From NCBI RefSeq assembly GCF_006345805.1, contig NC_043015.1, positions 50,778,001 through 50,842,000 of the forward strand: 64,000 bases of DNA, given 5' to 3'. The notes below the pieces were generated by a model. That model was not told where the DNA came from and did no database searches. It worked only from the letters and a program-made list of their open reading frames with translations. The translations under genes and the position numbers were made by a program. This document shows positions 52,289 to 64,000 of this stretch, piece by piece (the stretch's first letter is position 1; the number at the start of each line of letters is the position of its first letter). This stretch comes from Octopus sinensis. Taxonomy: Eukaryota.

Positions 52289-52745
52289 CATGATGATGGC
52301 CGTCCACTCGTGACCGAGGAAGACCATTGCCGACCTTCAGGAACATTGAGCGTTCTAGGACTAACTTATATTTTGCATTTGCGGCTCCGTTATTGGCTAA
52401 TGAGCCCTGCTCTTGACAAGCATACACGACTGCAAACATTGCAGACCAAGCTTTCCCCATTCCCTATACGAGCCGTGCACTTTCGCGCAGCTCGCTTAAG
52501 TTCTTCATGCTGGATACGTGCTCTCTCAAAAGTGTCGATCCCCTCCTTAACCTGCTTCCTCCATCTGTGGCGATGACAAGCATTGTTCTCCCAGTTAGTG
52601 TCCTGCATATGACAGGCCTTTAATGAGGACTTGACACAGTCCTTAAATCGCAGCCTTGGTTTCTGCCAGAGTTTCCTTCCATTCAAAAGTTCTCCATAGA
52701 GCATCTGCTTAGGAATCCTTCTATCCTCCATTCTAATAAGGTGTC
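52289..52745 (-). mobile_element. RTE-like LINE 3' end with C-terminal Cys/His region
   Basis: MEDRRIPKQMLYGEL...PRLRFKDCVKSSLK...W...VCNVCSRVCLSRAGLIS, followed by a (cat)n tail. Confidence 0.88.
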
Positions 52746-53689
52746 CTTATATATATACATATATACATACATCTATACATATTCATATATGGAAGCCAGT
52801 CAGGTGGCATTGGCATCTGAGAATGGTCAATGCCAGTGACCTCTGATTTCCTATCGTGACAGTGGCACATAAAAAGCAGCCACTCCACTCTCGGGGTGAT
52901 TGGAATTAGGAAGGGCAAACAACTGTAGAAACATTGTCAGATCAGATTGGAGCCTTGTGCAGCCCACTGGCTTTCCAAACCTCAGACAAACCATCCAACC
53001 CATGCCAGCATGGAAAGTGAACATTAAACAATGATGATGATGATATATACATATACATGTACATACACACACATGTATGTATATGTATGTGTATATTTGT
53101 GTATATTAACCTAATCAATAAATTCAAGGCTACAAAGTTCAAAGCAAGTGTATCAATAACTTCACTGAACATGTAATTAACTGGTGATATCGACCTATCC
53201 CAGGGGATAAAAGACAAAGTTAACCACTTCATAGCATTTGAATTCAGAACATGAAACACCGTAACTTAACACCACAATGCATTTGGTCTACCGCTCTACT
53301 GGTTCAGCTAATTCACTTTAAAAGATATCAGCATAAAAAATACATACATGTGTACATACAGAGGTCTGTACATACACACATACACACACACACATGCACA
53401 CACACAAACACACACATATATATATATATATAACAAAATAATAAATAAAACATATGCATATATACATACATATATGTACGTACCTATATCTATATGTATA
53501 TATACATGCATATATGGGTACAGGACACCAAAAAAACGTCGAATAAAATGAGAAACGAAAACATAAAAACAAAACCAAGGAAATGGACATTTTTCTTAAA
53601 CAACGAAAAAATAGAGTAGAAGACATACAACACAAGGAAAATTCCCCTTCTTCAGTCGCCTCTGTTTCATCTATATTCTTTTATTCTTT

Positions 53690-53886
53690 TTATCTGTTTC
53701 AGTCATTTGACTGCGGCCATGCTGGAGCACTGCTTTTAGTCAAGCAAATAAACCCCAGGACTTATTCTTTGTGAGCCTAGTACTTTATCAGTCTCTTTTG
53801 CCGAACCACTAAGTTATACGGACATAAATACACCAACATTGGTTGCCAAGCGATGTTGGGGGAACAAACATACACACACATATACA

Positions 53887-53919
<33 letters not shown>

Positions 53920-54230
53920 CATCATCATCATCATCGTTTAACGTCCGTTTTCCGCGCTAGCACAGGTTGGACGGTTCGACCGGGGTCTGGGAAGCCAGGG
54001 GCTGCACCAGGCTCCAGTCTGATCTGGCAGAGTTTCTACAGCTGGATGCCCTTCCTAACGCCAACCACTCCGCGTATATATACACAATGGGCTTCTTTCA
54101 GTTTTCGTCTACCAAATCCACTCACAAGACTTTGGTCGGCCCGAAGCTATAGCAGAAAAATTTGCCCAAGGTGCTATGCAGTGGGACTGAACCAGGAACC
54201 ATGTGGTTGGGAAGCAGGCTTCTTCATTTT
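53690..54230 (-). mobile_element. SINE family A with nested SINE C tail (53918-54072)
   Basis: Family C sequence replaces part of the internal microsatellite. Confidence 0.85.
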
Positions 54231-54724
54231 ATTTTATTAAATTTGCCACAAGGGCAGCACACAGAGAGAAGCTTGCGGGCTGGACACAGACATTAGTGGG
54301 ATGAATGATGATGATACAAGGATGATAAGGAGAAGACAAAAAGCACCCGCCGACTTTCACTTCTCTAAAACATTGTTCTTTTTTCTTTTTTAAGCACAAT
54401 GGGCGATAAACCTCTTACATAGTTCAGGGGAGGCAGGCTTCTTACCACACAGCCACTCCTGCTCCTGTATATATATTCTTTTATTCTTTCACTTGTTTCT
54501 GTCATTTGACAGCTGCCATGCTGGAGCACTGCCTTTTTAGTCAAAGAAATCGATCCCAGCACTTACTGTTTGTAAGCCTAGTACTTATTCTATCGGTTTC
54601 TTTTGCTGAACTGCTAAGTTATGGGAGATGTAAGCACACCAACATTGGTTGTCAAGTGATGGGGGCGGGGTAAAACCACAAACACAAAGACATACAAACA
54701 TAAATATATTTATATCTATATTAA

Positions 54725-56915
54725 TAAAAGGGTGAAATTAATTAATTAATTAATTAATAATTAATAATTTTACCAAGTAGTTCAGTGCAGCATTTCAAAT
54801 ATAAATCTGAGTGTTAGAATTAAATATCTCTTTTACTCTTTTACTCTTTTACTTGTTTCAGTCATTTGACTGCGGCCATGCTGGAGCACCGCCTTTAATC
54901 GAGCAACTCGACCCCGGGACTTATTCTTTTGTAAGCCCAGTACTTATTCTATCGGTCTCTTTTGCTGAACCACTAAGTAACGGGGGACATAAACACACCA
55001 GCATCGGTTGTCAAGCAATGCTAGGGGACAAACACAGACACACAAACACACACACGCATATATATATATACATATATACGACGGGCTTCTTTCAGTTTCC
55101 GTCTACCAAATCCACTCACAAGGCTTTGGTCGGCCCGAGGCCATAGTAGAAGACACTTGCCCAAGGTGCCACGCAGTGGGACTGAACCCGGAACCATGTG
55201 GTTGGTAGACAAGCTACTTATCACACAGCCACTCCTGCGCCTATGTATGCAATCAAGCATCATCGAATAACTGATATTTAACCAGCACTTCCAAAAATAT
55301 ACAGCTGAATGAGAACACGTATTTATCCTCAAATACCCATCTGTGTTACGAGTAGTCCCGCAGAAACTGCAGTTTTCGATCAAGGAGTAAGTTATATTTC
55401 AATAAATATTTATAGTAGCAGAATGGTATTTTAACTACTATTTCTAAATCTGGCGTATGGTGAAGCAATTAGCTGACCCCTGATTATAATTATGCTTATA
55501 ATTATAGAATATTTGTATATAGAATATTTGTATTACTCTCTTTTACTCTTTTACTCTTTTACTTGTTTCAGTCATTTGACTGCGGCCATGCTGGAGCACC
55601 GCCTTTAATCGAGCAACTCGACCCCGGGACTTATTCTTTGGTAAGCCCAGTACTTATTCTATCGGCCTCTTTTGCCGAACCACTAAGTAACGGGGACATA
55701 AACTCACCAGCATCGGTTGTCCAGCAATGCTAGGGGACAAACACAGACACACAAACACACGCATATATATATACATATATACGACGGGCTTCTTTCAGTT
55801 TCCATCTACCAAATCCACTCACAAGGCTTTGGTCGGCCCGAGGCTATAGAAGAAGACACTTGCCCAAGGTGCCACGCAGTGGGACTGAACCCGGAACCAT
55901 GTGGTTGGTAGACAAGCTACTTATCACACAGCCACTCCTGCGCCTATGTATGCAATCAAGCATCATCGAATAACTGATATTTAACCAGCACTTCCAAAAA
56001 TATACAGCTGAATGAGAACACGTATTTATCCTCAAATACCCATCTGTGTTACGAGTAGTCCCGCAGAAACTGCAGTTTTCGATCAAGGAGTAAGTTATAT
56101 TTCAATAAATATTTATAGTAGCAGAATGGTATTTTAACTACTATTTCTAAATCTGGCGTATGGTGAAGCAATTAGCTGACCCCTGATTATAATTATGCTT
56201 ATAATTATAGAATATTTGTATATAGAATATTTGTATTACTCTCTTTTACTCTTTTACTTGTTTCAGTCATTTGACTATGGCCATGCTGGAGCACCGCCTT
56301 TAGTCGAGCAAATCGACCCCGGGACTTATTCTTTGTAAGCCCAGTACTTATTCTATCGGTCTCTTTTGCTGAACCGCTAAGTGATGGGGACGTAAACACA
56401 CCAGCATTGGTTGTCAAGCAATGCTAGGAGTACAAGCACACAAACATACACACACATATATATATATACATATATACGACAGGCTTCTTTCAGTTTCCAT
56501 CTACCAAATCCACTCACAAGGCATTGGTCGGCCCGGGGCTATAGTAGAAGACACTTGCCCAAGATGCCACGCAGTGGGACTGAACCCGGAACCATGTGGT
56601 TGGTAGACAAACTACTTACCACACAGCCACTTCTGCGCCTATGTATGCAATCAAGCGTCATCGCATAACTGATATTTAACCAGTACTTCCAAAAATATAC
56701 AGCTAATTGAGAACAGGTATTTATCCTCAAATACCCATCTGTGTTACGAGTAATCCCGCAAAAACTGCAGTTTTCGATCAGGGAGTAAATTATATTTCAA
56801 TAAATATTTATGGTAGCAGAATGGTATTTTAACTACTATTTCTAAATCTGGTGCGTGATGAAGCAATTAGCTGACCCCTGATTGTAATTATGCTTATAAT
56901 TATAGAATATTTGTA
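54725..56915. repeat. AT-rich element containing a ~705-bp [SINE A(-) + element arm] unit repeated three times
   Basis: SINEs at ~54827-55242, 55535-55943 and 56237-56640, each followed by the same ~290-bp arm (aactgatatttaaccagc...gctgacccctgatt...gaatatttgtat). Confidence 0.92.
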
Positions 56916-57125
56916 TATATGTATATATATATATATATATGAGTTCAGGAAAAATTTAGATTTAGATGAATATGGTACTTAAGTTGAGGCAGCAGAATTT
57001 AGTACAGTATTATCCATACAATTTCAAAATAAGGTGATAAGAATCAAAATAAGCAACAAGGATATCCATAGATAATGTGATACTGTCATTTCATGCAACT
57101 CCATTTAATTGAACAATGCAACAAT

Positions 57126-57151
<26 letters not shown>

Positions 57152-57156
<5 letters not shown>

Positions 57157-57455
57157 GTATAGAGGGCATTATTACACATAAATGCCACACACTAGGAGGG
57201 ACTCTTAAAGTCATAACTACCAAATATAAACAAATTGTACCGAATGCAATTCTCAAAGCGAATTCACTGAAGAGCAAGGGACGCGTATAATGTGTTAATT
57301 GCAAAATCACAGGTGATATGGAGCTAAATTCTGTTTTTAAATGACTCGCTTTGAGAATTGCATTTGGTACAATTTATTTATATTTGGTAGTTATGACTTT
57401 AAGAGTCCCTCCTAGCATGTGGAATTTATGTGTAATAATGCCCTCTATACAATAT
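57152..57455. mobile_element. Hairpin element with ~110-bp arms
   Basis: 57152-57261 is the near reverse complement of 57346-57455. Confidence 0.85.
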
Positions 57456-57724
57456 AAATAAATATTTTCAAAGAAAAAATTTAGTTTTTTTCTCTTATGA
57501 GGTTTTTCACGCTAACTACTTGATAATTTCTTGTTAAGATTTCTTATTAAGAATTTATCCTATTTTTAAAATTTATATATATATATACACATATATATAT
57601 AATGAGCTTCTTTCAGTTTCTGTCTATCAGATCCACTCACAAGGCTTTGGTTGGCCCAAGGCTGTAGTATGAGACATTTGCCCAAGGTACCACAGAGTGG
57701 GACTGAACTCAGAACCATGTGGTT

Positions 57725-58330
57725 TGACTGAGGACTGGCAAGTCAGGAGGCTGCATCTGGCTCCAATTTGATCTAGCAATGTTTCTACAGCTGGATGCCC
57801 TTCCTAACTCTAACCATTCTGAGAGTATAGTGGGTGCTTTTTACATGCCACCGGCATGGGAGCCAGTCAGGCATTACTGATATCCACCATGCTTGAGTGG
57901 TGTTTTTTACATACCACTGGTATGGGAGCCACTCAGGCAGCACTGGCATCAACCATAATTGAATGGTGATTTTACATGCCACTGGCATGAGAGCCAGTCA
58001 GGCAGTACTGATATCAACCATGCTTGAGTGGTGCTTTTAACATGCTACTGGCATGGGAGCCAGTCAGGCAGCATTGATATCAGCCATGTTTGAATGGTGA
58101 TTTTACATGCCACCAGCATGGGAGCCAGTCAGGCAGTACTAATATCAACCATGCTTGAATGGTGCTTTTAACATGCCACTGGCATGGGAGCCAGTCAGGC
58201 AGCACTGGCATCAACCATGCTTGAGTGGTGCTTTTAACATGCTACTGGCATGGGAGCCAGTCAGGCAGCATTGATATCAACCATGTTTGAATGGTGATCT
58301 TACATGTCACCAGCACAGGAACCAGTCAGG
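57725..58330 (-). repeat. SINE family C carrying a 65-66-bp minisatellite (about 7.4 units from 57843)
   Basis: Unit acatgccactggcatgggagccagtcaggcagcactg(a/g)(t/c)atcaaccatgcttga(g/a)tggtg(c/a)tttt. Confidence 0.9.
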
Positions 58331-59960
58331 TGAGAGTGAGATATTTTACAACCAGTTATACAGCATCTTTCAGTGTAGATGTGTCTTATCAGGTGACTTT
58401 TCAAAAGGTACCTCTCTCAGTAAACTTGGTTTTGCTTGGTTTGATTATACAGCATGCCATTATTTGCCTGTTCATGGTTGCCTTTAGATTTTTTGGTTTA
58501 CAATGACAGGGAATGGATACAGTTAATTTTATAAATATACAATCAATGGGTCTGTATATGGTGAAGGCACATGGCACAGTGGTTAGAGCATCGGGATCAC
58601 AATAATGAGGTAGTGAGTTTTAGTCCTGGACCGAGCTGTGTGTTGTGTTCTTAAGCAAGACACTTTATTTTACATTGCTCCAGTTCACTCAGCTGTAGAA
58701 ATGTAGGAATGAGTTGTAACATCACTGATGCCAAGCTGTATTAGCCTTTGCCTTTCCCGTGGATGACATCGGTGGTGTGGAGGCTGGTATGCATAGGTAA
58801 CTGCTGGTGTCCCATAAAACAACCTTGCCTGGACTTGTTTCTTACAGGAGAACTTTCTAGATGCAGTCTATGACTGAAGGGGCTCTTTTTTTACATGGTT
58901 ACTCATAGATAAATGACAAAAGAAAAAGTGAACGATTATTTTGATAAGTATACACATGTTGATGTAAGCACACACATACATATATAGACACATACACAAA
59001 CAAGCATGCACGCACATGCACACACACACACACATACGCATTGACTCGTGGACACAGACATTCGCCCCTACAGTTACAGATAAGGAAATATTTAATAAAA
59101 TCATAAAAATAAAGACAATCTCATTAGAGGCAAACAGAGGACATTGGCAGAATCAGGCCATTGGGTAGAATTTGGCGGCTGGACATCTTAATCTGATATA
59201 CACCCCACTGTGCAGCCAGAGGACACAAAGTTTGATGTCGATATATACTGGTCCATTCATGCACAAGTAATTATATATATGTGTACCTATATATACATGC
59301 ATACACATGTACATATATATATATCTCTTCAGTAAATTATAAATCCAAAAGAGAATCACACCCGAAGTTATAGAGCAGTAGAGTATTTAGTTAAAAATAG
59401 TTATGGCCGATTCATAGATTTATACATGTCTCGTCAAACCCTAATGGGTGGTGGCCATTAGGGTCTGATGAGATGTGTGTAAAGCTAAGTGCTGTATGAA
59501 CATGAAACCTTTGGTAACCTTATGAATCAGCTATAACAATTCTCTATACATACACATACATATATACATACATACATATGTATGTATGTATGTATGGATG
59601 GATGGATGTATCATCATCTTCATCATCATTATTTAATGTCTGCTACCATGCTAGCATGGGTTGGACGATTTGACTGAGGTCTGGCGACCAGACTCCAATC
59701 TGATCTGGCAGAGTTTCTACAGCTTGATGACCTTCCTAACGCCAACCACTCCGAGAGTGTAGTGGGTGCTTTTACGTGCCACTGGCACATGGACCAGTTT
59801 GGTGGTACTGGCAGCGGCCATGTCCAAATGGTGCTTTTTACGTGCCACCTACACAGGAGCCAGTCCAGTGGCACTGGCGACGTCATCACTCGAATGTTTC
59901 ACATGCCACCATGAATGTATGTATGTATGTATATATATATTATATATATATATATATTGT

Positions 59961-60726
59961 TTATTTAAAGGACACAATACCAGTCTTTAAGTGCTACTAA
60001 GAGTTTCATATATTGAGAAATATCTCAGATGTATTCATCACGCACAAACTACATATCATAACAAACTAAAAAGATTGAATAAGAGAAGAAACATGTAAGA
60101 ACTTAGAAGACAGCATATGGAAGACATGGAAGGTTAAAAAAACAAAAAATGGAAAACGGGGAAACAGAAAATGGAAAAATGGAAAGCGAAAACGCAAAAA
60201 CTGAAAGGTAAAGATTAAAAAGTAAAAAGGTAAATCTGTTATCTTCCTTAGATCTTAAACAATAAGGCTGGAAAGATAACAGCAACTTAATTAGGAATAT
60301 AGGGAATTTTCCAATTTTTCCAAAATATATTTGTACATAAACTTGCAACTGCTGAAAATTTCAGACCTAGAGTTCAGTAGAGAGTTAAAGATCTTAGATA
60401 TGAATGGGATCTGTGCTCTTTAAGTGAAACAAAGTCTATATTTATTCAATCCATTAACATAAGGTATTGATTTCTCAATTATTTTCCACTTGATCACCTG
60501 TGGTGTCTCATTATTTTTTATTTTTTTTACTTGTTACTTTTTACATTTTTAGTATTTGTGTTTTTTTTTTGTTTTTCCATCTTTTTGCCTTTCCATTTTT
60601 TGTTTTATGATTTCTATATTTTTAACCTTCCTTGTTTTCTATACAATTGAGATATACTGAGATATTTCTCAACCATATGAAACTATAAGCAGCACTTAAA
60701 ACCATGTATTGTGTCCTTTGAATAAA
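59961..60726. mobile_element. ~770-bp MITE with ~70-bp TIRs
   Basis: ttatttaaaggacacaatac...gtttcata..ttgagaaatatctcag versus ctgagatatttctcaa..tatgaaac...gtattgtgtcctttgaataa; the interior is A-rich then T-rich, also roughly inverted. Confidence 0.8.
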
Positions 60727-60819
60727 TGATATTTATCTCTCATCAGATGGAGTACTTTTTTGTTGAATTTTCTATCATGGAAATATATATATATATTGTG
60801 TATATATATATATATATAA

Positions 60820-60880
<61 letters not shown>

Positions 60881-60904
60881 TATATATATATATATATATA
60901 TGTG

Positions 60905-60938
<34 letters not shown>

Positions 60939-61317
60939 TGTATGTATACACACACACATATATACATTCCCATATATACACACCTGCACATGTTTACAAA
61001 GGCACAGATTGTATCCATCTCATGTCATTCGAAACCACAAAGCATATAGGCAACCACTGACAGATAAATAACGACCTGCTGTATAATCAAACAAGGTGAA
61101 ATTGAATTTATTGAGCGATGTACCTTTTGCAAAGTCACCTGATGAGACACAGCTGCACCAAACAATGCACCATAGCCTGCTGTGTTCTACTTCAGCTGCA
61201 TGGGATCAATGCAAAATGGGTCAAAACAATTGGCGGGATTAATAAAGAACCTAGAGAATTCTATTTGCTGTTTCCCTCATTTGACAAACATCGAGTCATC
61301 ATCTTCATCTTCATCGT

Positions 61318-62052
61318 TTAACCCTTTTGTTACTGTATTTATTTTCAGATGCTCTGTGTTTCTCTCAATTATTTTAGATATAACAAAGAATTTAGTAAAA
61401 TAACTTAGTATTTATTAAGCTAGTGTTAGGGAACATTAATTGTGACTAAGGTTTGGTAGAAGATTTTGATACAAAACTTATGGAAACAAGACATTTGTAC
61501 TCAGAGCCAGAGGTGGTTTCAGCCAGGTTGGTATTGAAAGGGTTAAGAATTGTTTCCCTATTATATATTTTAACCCTTTTGTTACCATATTTCTGTTGAG
61601 ATGCTCTGTATTTCTTTCAATCAACTTTAAATATAACAAAGAATTTAGTAAAATAACTTAGTTATCATTAAGCTAGTGTTTGGAATGTAAATTGTGACTA
61701 AGATTTTGTGGAAGATTTTAATTCAAAACTTACGAAAACAAGACATTTGTACTATAGAGCCAGAGGTGGATTCAGCCACGTTGGTAACGAAAGGGTTAAG
61801 AATTGTTTCTCTATTATATATTTTAAACCTTTTGTTACTATATTTTTGTTGAGATGCTCTGTGTTTCTTTCAATCAACTTTAAATGTAACAAAGAATTTA
61901 GTAAAATAACCTGGTTATCATTAAGCTGGTGTTAGGAACATAAATTGTGACTAAGGTTTGGTGGAAGATTTTAATACAAAACTTATGAAAACAAGACATT
62001 TGTACTACAGAGCCAGAGTCGGTTTCAGACGGGTTGGTAACGAAAGGGTTAA
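61318..62052. mobile_element. Three tandem ~221-bp piggyBac-like MITEs
   Basis: Each copy reads TTAA|CCCTT...AAGGG|TTAA (61322-61542, 61574-61795, ~61827-62048). Confidence 0.85.
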
Positions 62053-62619
62053 TGTCAGTCGTCTATGCTGCCATGGGTTGGACAATCCAAGAGGACTGTA
62101 ACTTAGCAATTCAGCAAAAGAGATCGACAGAATAAGTACTAGGCTTACAAAGAATAAGTCCTGGGATTGATTTGTTCGACTAAAGGTGATGCTCCAGCAT
62201 AGCTGTAGTCAAATGACTGAAACAAGTAAAAGAATAAAAGAAAGAAAAGAACAAGATCACATTTACATAATACAAACCTTGTTAAGAATTAATTAGTTAA
62301 CGAAGAAAAAATACGTTGTTCAGGTGCTATGATTAATTATCATCTGGTAGTCAAATTCATTATCTTCAGGAAGATTTTTTGAGTCATATGCTTCATTACA
62401 TGGGTATTGATATTTTATGGTCCTTAATAGGCATTCTGCTTTTATTTTAGCAGTTTAAAGGCTTCGTATCAAACAACTATGGTGGTTAGCCAGCTTTTTA
62501 TTGATATAGAGGTTGGGTACTAGCCATTTCTACAACAGTCACACATACAGATGTAATTGTTACATGCTCTCAGTTGTCTACAGTGGTTTATTTGCCCCAT
62601 GGAGCATTTATTTAAAAAG

Positions 62620-63085
62620 CAAATATATATAAGGCACCATTCGAGTGTGATTGTTACCAGCATTGCCTTACTGGCACTTGTGCCCGTGCTAGTAGGGTGC
62701 CAAGAGCACCATCCGAGCGTGATCATTGCCAGAGCGGCTAACTGGCTTCCATGTTGGTGGCACATAAAAGGGCTCCATTCGAGCGTGATCGATACCAGCG
62801 TCGTCTTACTGGCACCTGTTCCAGTGGCACATGTAAAAAGATTTGAGTGAGGTCATTTCCAGTATCGCTTGACTGGCCCCCTTGCCTGTGGCACATAAAA
62901 AGCACCCTCTACACTCTCGGAGTGGTTGGCATTAGGAAAGGCATCCAGCTGTAGAAACTCTGCCAGATCAAGATTGGAGCCTGGTGCAGCCATCTGGTTC
63001 GCCAGCCCTCAGCCAAAATCGTCCAACCCATGCTAGCATGGAAAGCGGACGTTAAACGATAATGATGATGATGATGATGATGATT
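62620..63085 (+). mobile_element. SINE family C with internal tandem units
   Basis: Repeats of caccattcgagtgtg.../ggcacataaaa, then ggcattaggaaagggcatccagctgtagaaa...gacgttaaacgataatgatg. Confidence 0.85.
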
Positions 63086-63192
63086 TATGTATATACACAT
63101 ATTAGCAATAATATACAGGATAGGAAAATTATAGGAATTTTTCTACCAGCAGCCTACCATGCAGAAAATAGTCAATAGACTATATATTATTC

Positions 63193-63377
63193 ATATAAAT
63201 TTAGTGTACATATAAACACAAAAGAGGTGACCCTAACAGGAAACCTAACATGCTAGAAGGAGCAGTCAAAATCCAAATTACCCTAACCACTCCTTCTAGC
63301 ATGACTGTTCCTTCTAGCATGTTAGATGTCCTGTTAGGGTCACCTCTTTTGTGTTTAAATGTACACTAATTTTATAT
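63193..63377. mobile_element. Hairpin element with ~70-bp arms
   Basis: 63193-63261 is the near reverse complement of 63309-63377 (aaacacaaaagaggtgaccctaacagg / cctgttagggtcacctcttttgtgttt). Confidence 0.85.
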
Positions 63378-63565
63378 AAACACACATATACATTTAAGGG
63401 GCAATTTTTGTGTGTATACACACATTTTTTTTTCTGTAGTTCCAGCTCAGAGCTGCAGCCATGCTGATGCACCACCGTTAACATGTATAATTATATAGTC
63501 CCATATTCAGTTATAGTAGAAGACACTTGTCCACAGTCTGAACCCAGAACCATGTAGTTTGGAAG

Positions 63566-64000
63566 CATCATCATCATCATTGTTCGACCGTGGTCGAGAC
63601 AATGCAATTTACCATGCTACGCCAGACTTCACGGTCCATCATGGCATTACGGAGGTCCTGTTGCTGGATGCCTGTATCCCTGGAGATTACATCAGGGTAG
63701 GAGAGTGTGCGCCCTCTGGCATTGCGAGTAGATGGCTTCCAGAGGAGGAGAGTAGAAATTACCTCTTTTTCAGCTCTACAACAATGTCCAGCAAACTGGA
63801 CTCTTCCTACCTTTCACAAGAGATGACACAGGTGGTAGTTTCCCATATATTTGCATTTTGGTTGGATGGCGCTTCCACGAGAGATTTTGAGCTCTCATAA
63901 GGAGGCGAGTGTAGGTTCTATCCAACAGCCTCTCAAGCTTCTTTGATAAGTTTGGAAGCAAACGTCTTACCCTATGGCCACATCTGCACCTAAGCACAAC
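63566..64000 (-). mobile_element. RTE-like LINE 3' end, continuing beyond the window
   Basis: LSKKLERLLDRTYTRLLMRAQNLSWKRHPTKMQIYGKLPPVS...FAGHCCRAEKEVISTLLLWKP, followed by a (tga)n tail. Confidence 0.88.

Noticed and set aside
53625-53680. Hammerhead on the minus strand (GAAAC...CTGAAGA)
   Set aside because: Only 8 nt separate GAAAC and CUGAAGA, and no GAAA follows the downstream stem, so no topology closes.
55008-55383. Recurrent ORFs such as DGLLSVSVYQIHSQGFGRPEAIVEDTCPRCHAVGLNPEPCGW
   Set aside because: Antisense translations of SINE family A, recurring wherever the SINE does.
57843-58330. CRISPR-like repeat-spacer pattern
   Set aside because: Whole units are homologous (a minisatellite); there are no unique spacers.
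59465-59500. CTGATGA as a hammerhead core
   Set aside because: It lies within a simple hairpin arm, with no stem II or GAAA.

Overview
Extremely repeat-rich, AT-rich eukaryotic DNA. The SINE families, (TA)n/(CAT)n/(ATT)n microsatellites and transposon mix look like a cephalopod (octopus-type) genome; this is an inference, not a database match. No intact protein-coding gene can be supported, and most ORF-track entries are microsatellite or SINE read-throughs. Recognisable content: (i) three tRNA-derived SINE families in dozens of copies; (ii) decayed DNA transposons (Tc1 DD34E, mariner, maT DD37D, MULE, piggyBac-like and mariner-like MITEs, a Helitron 3' end); (iii) decayed LINE pieces (RTE-, CR1- and R4/Dong-like); (iv) a ~4.2 kb near-identical duplication either side of a 100-N gap, probably an assembly artefact. 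The less ordinary signals are a ~542-bp tandem array that switches strand midway (18781-21761), three degenerate minimal type-I hammerhead-ribozyme motifs, a recurring class of sequence-unrelated long-hairpin elements mostly beside (TA)n, several tandem-amplified composite units, and a few unique islands with exon-like features. Repeat boundaries were read by eye and are approximate.
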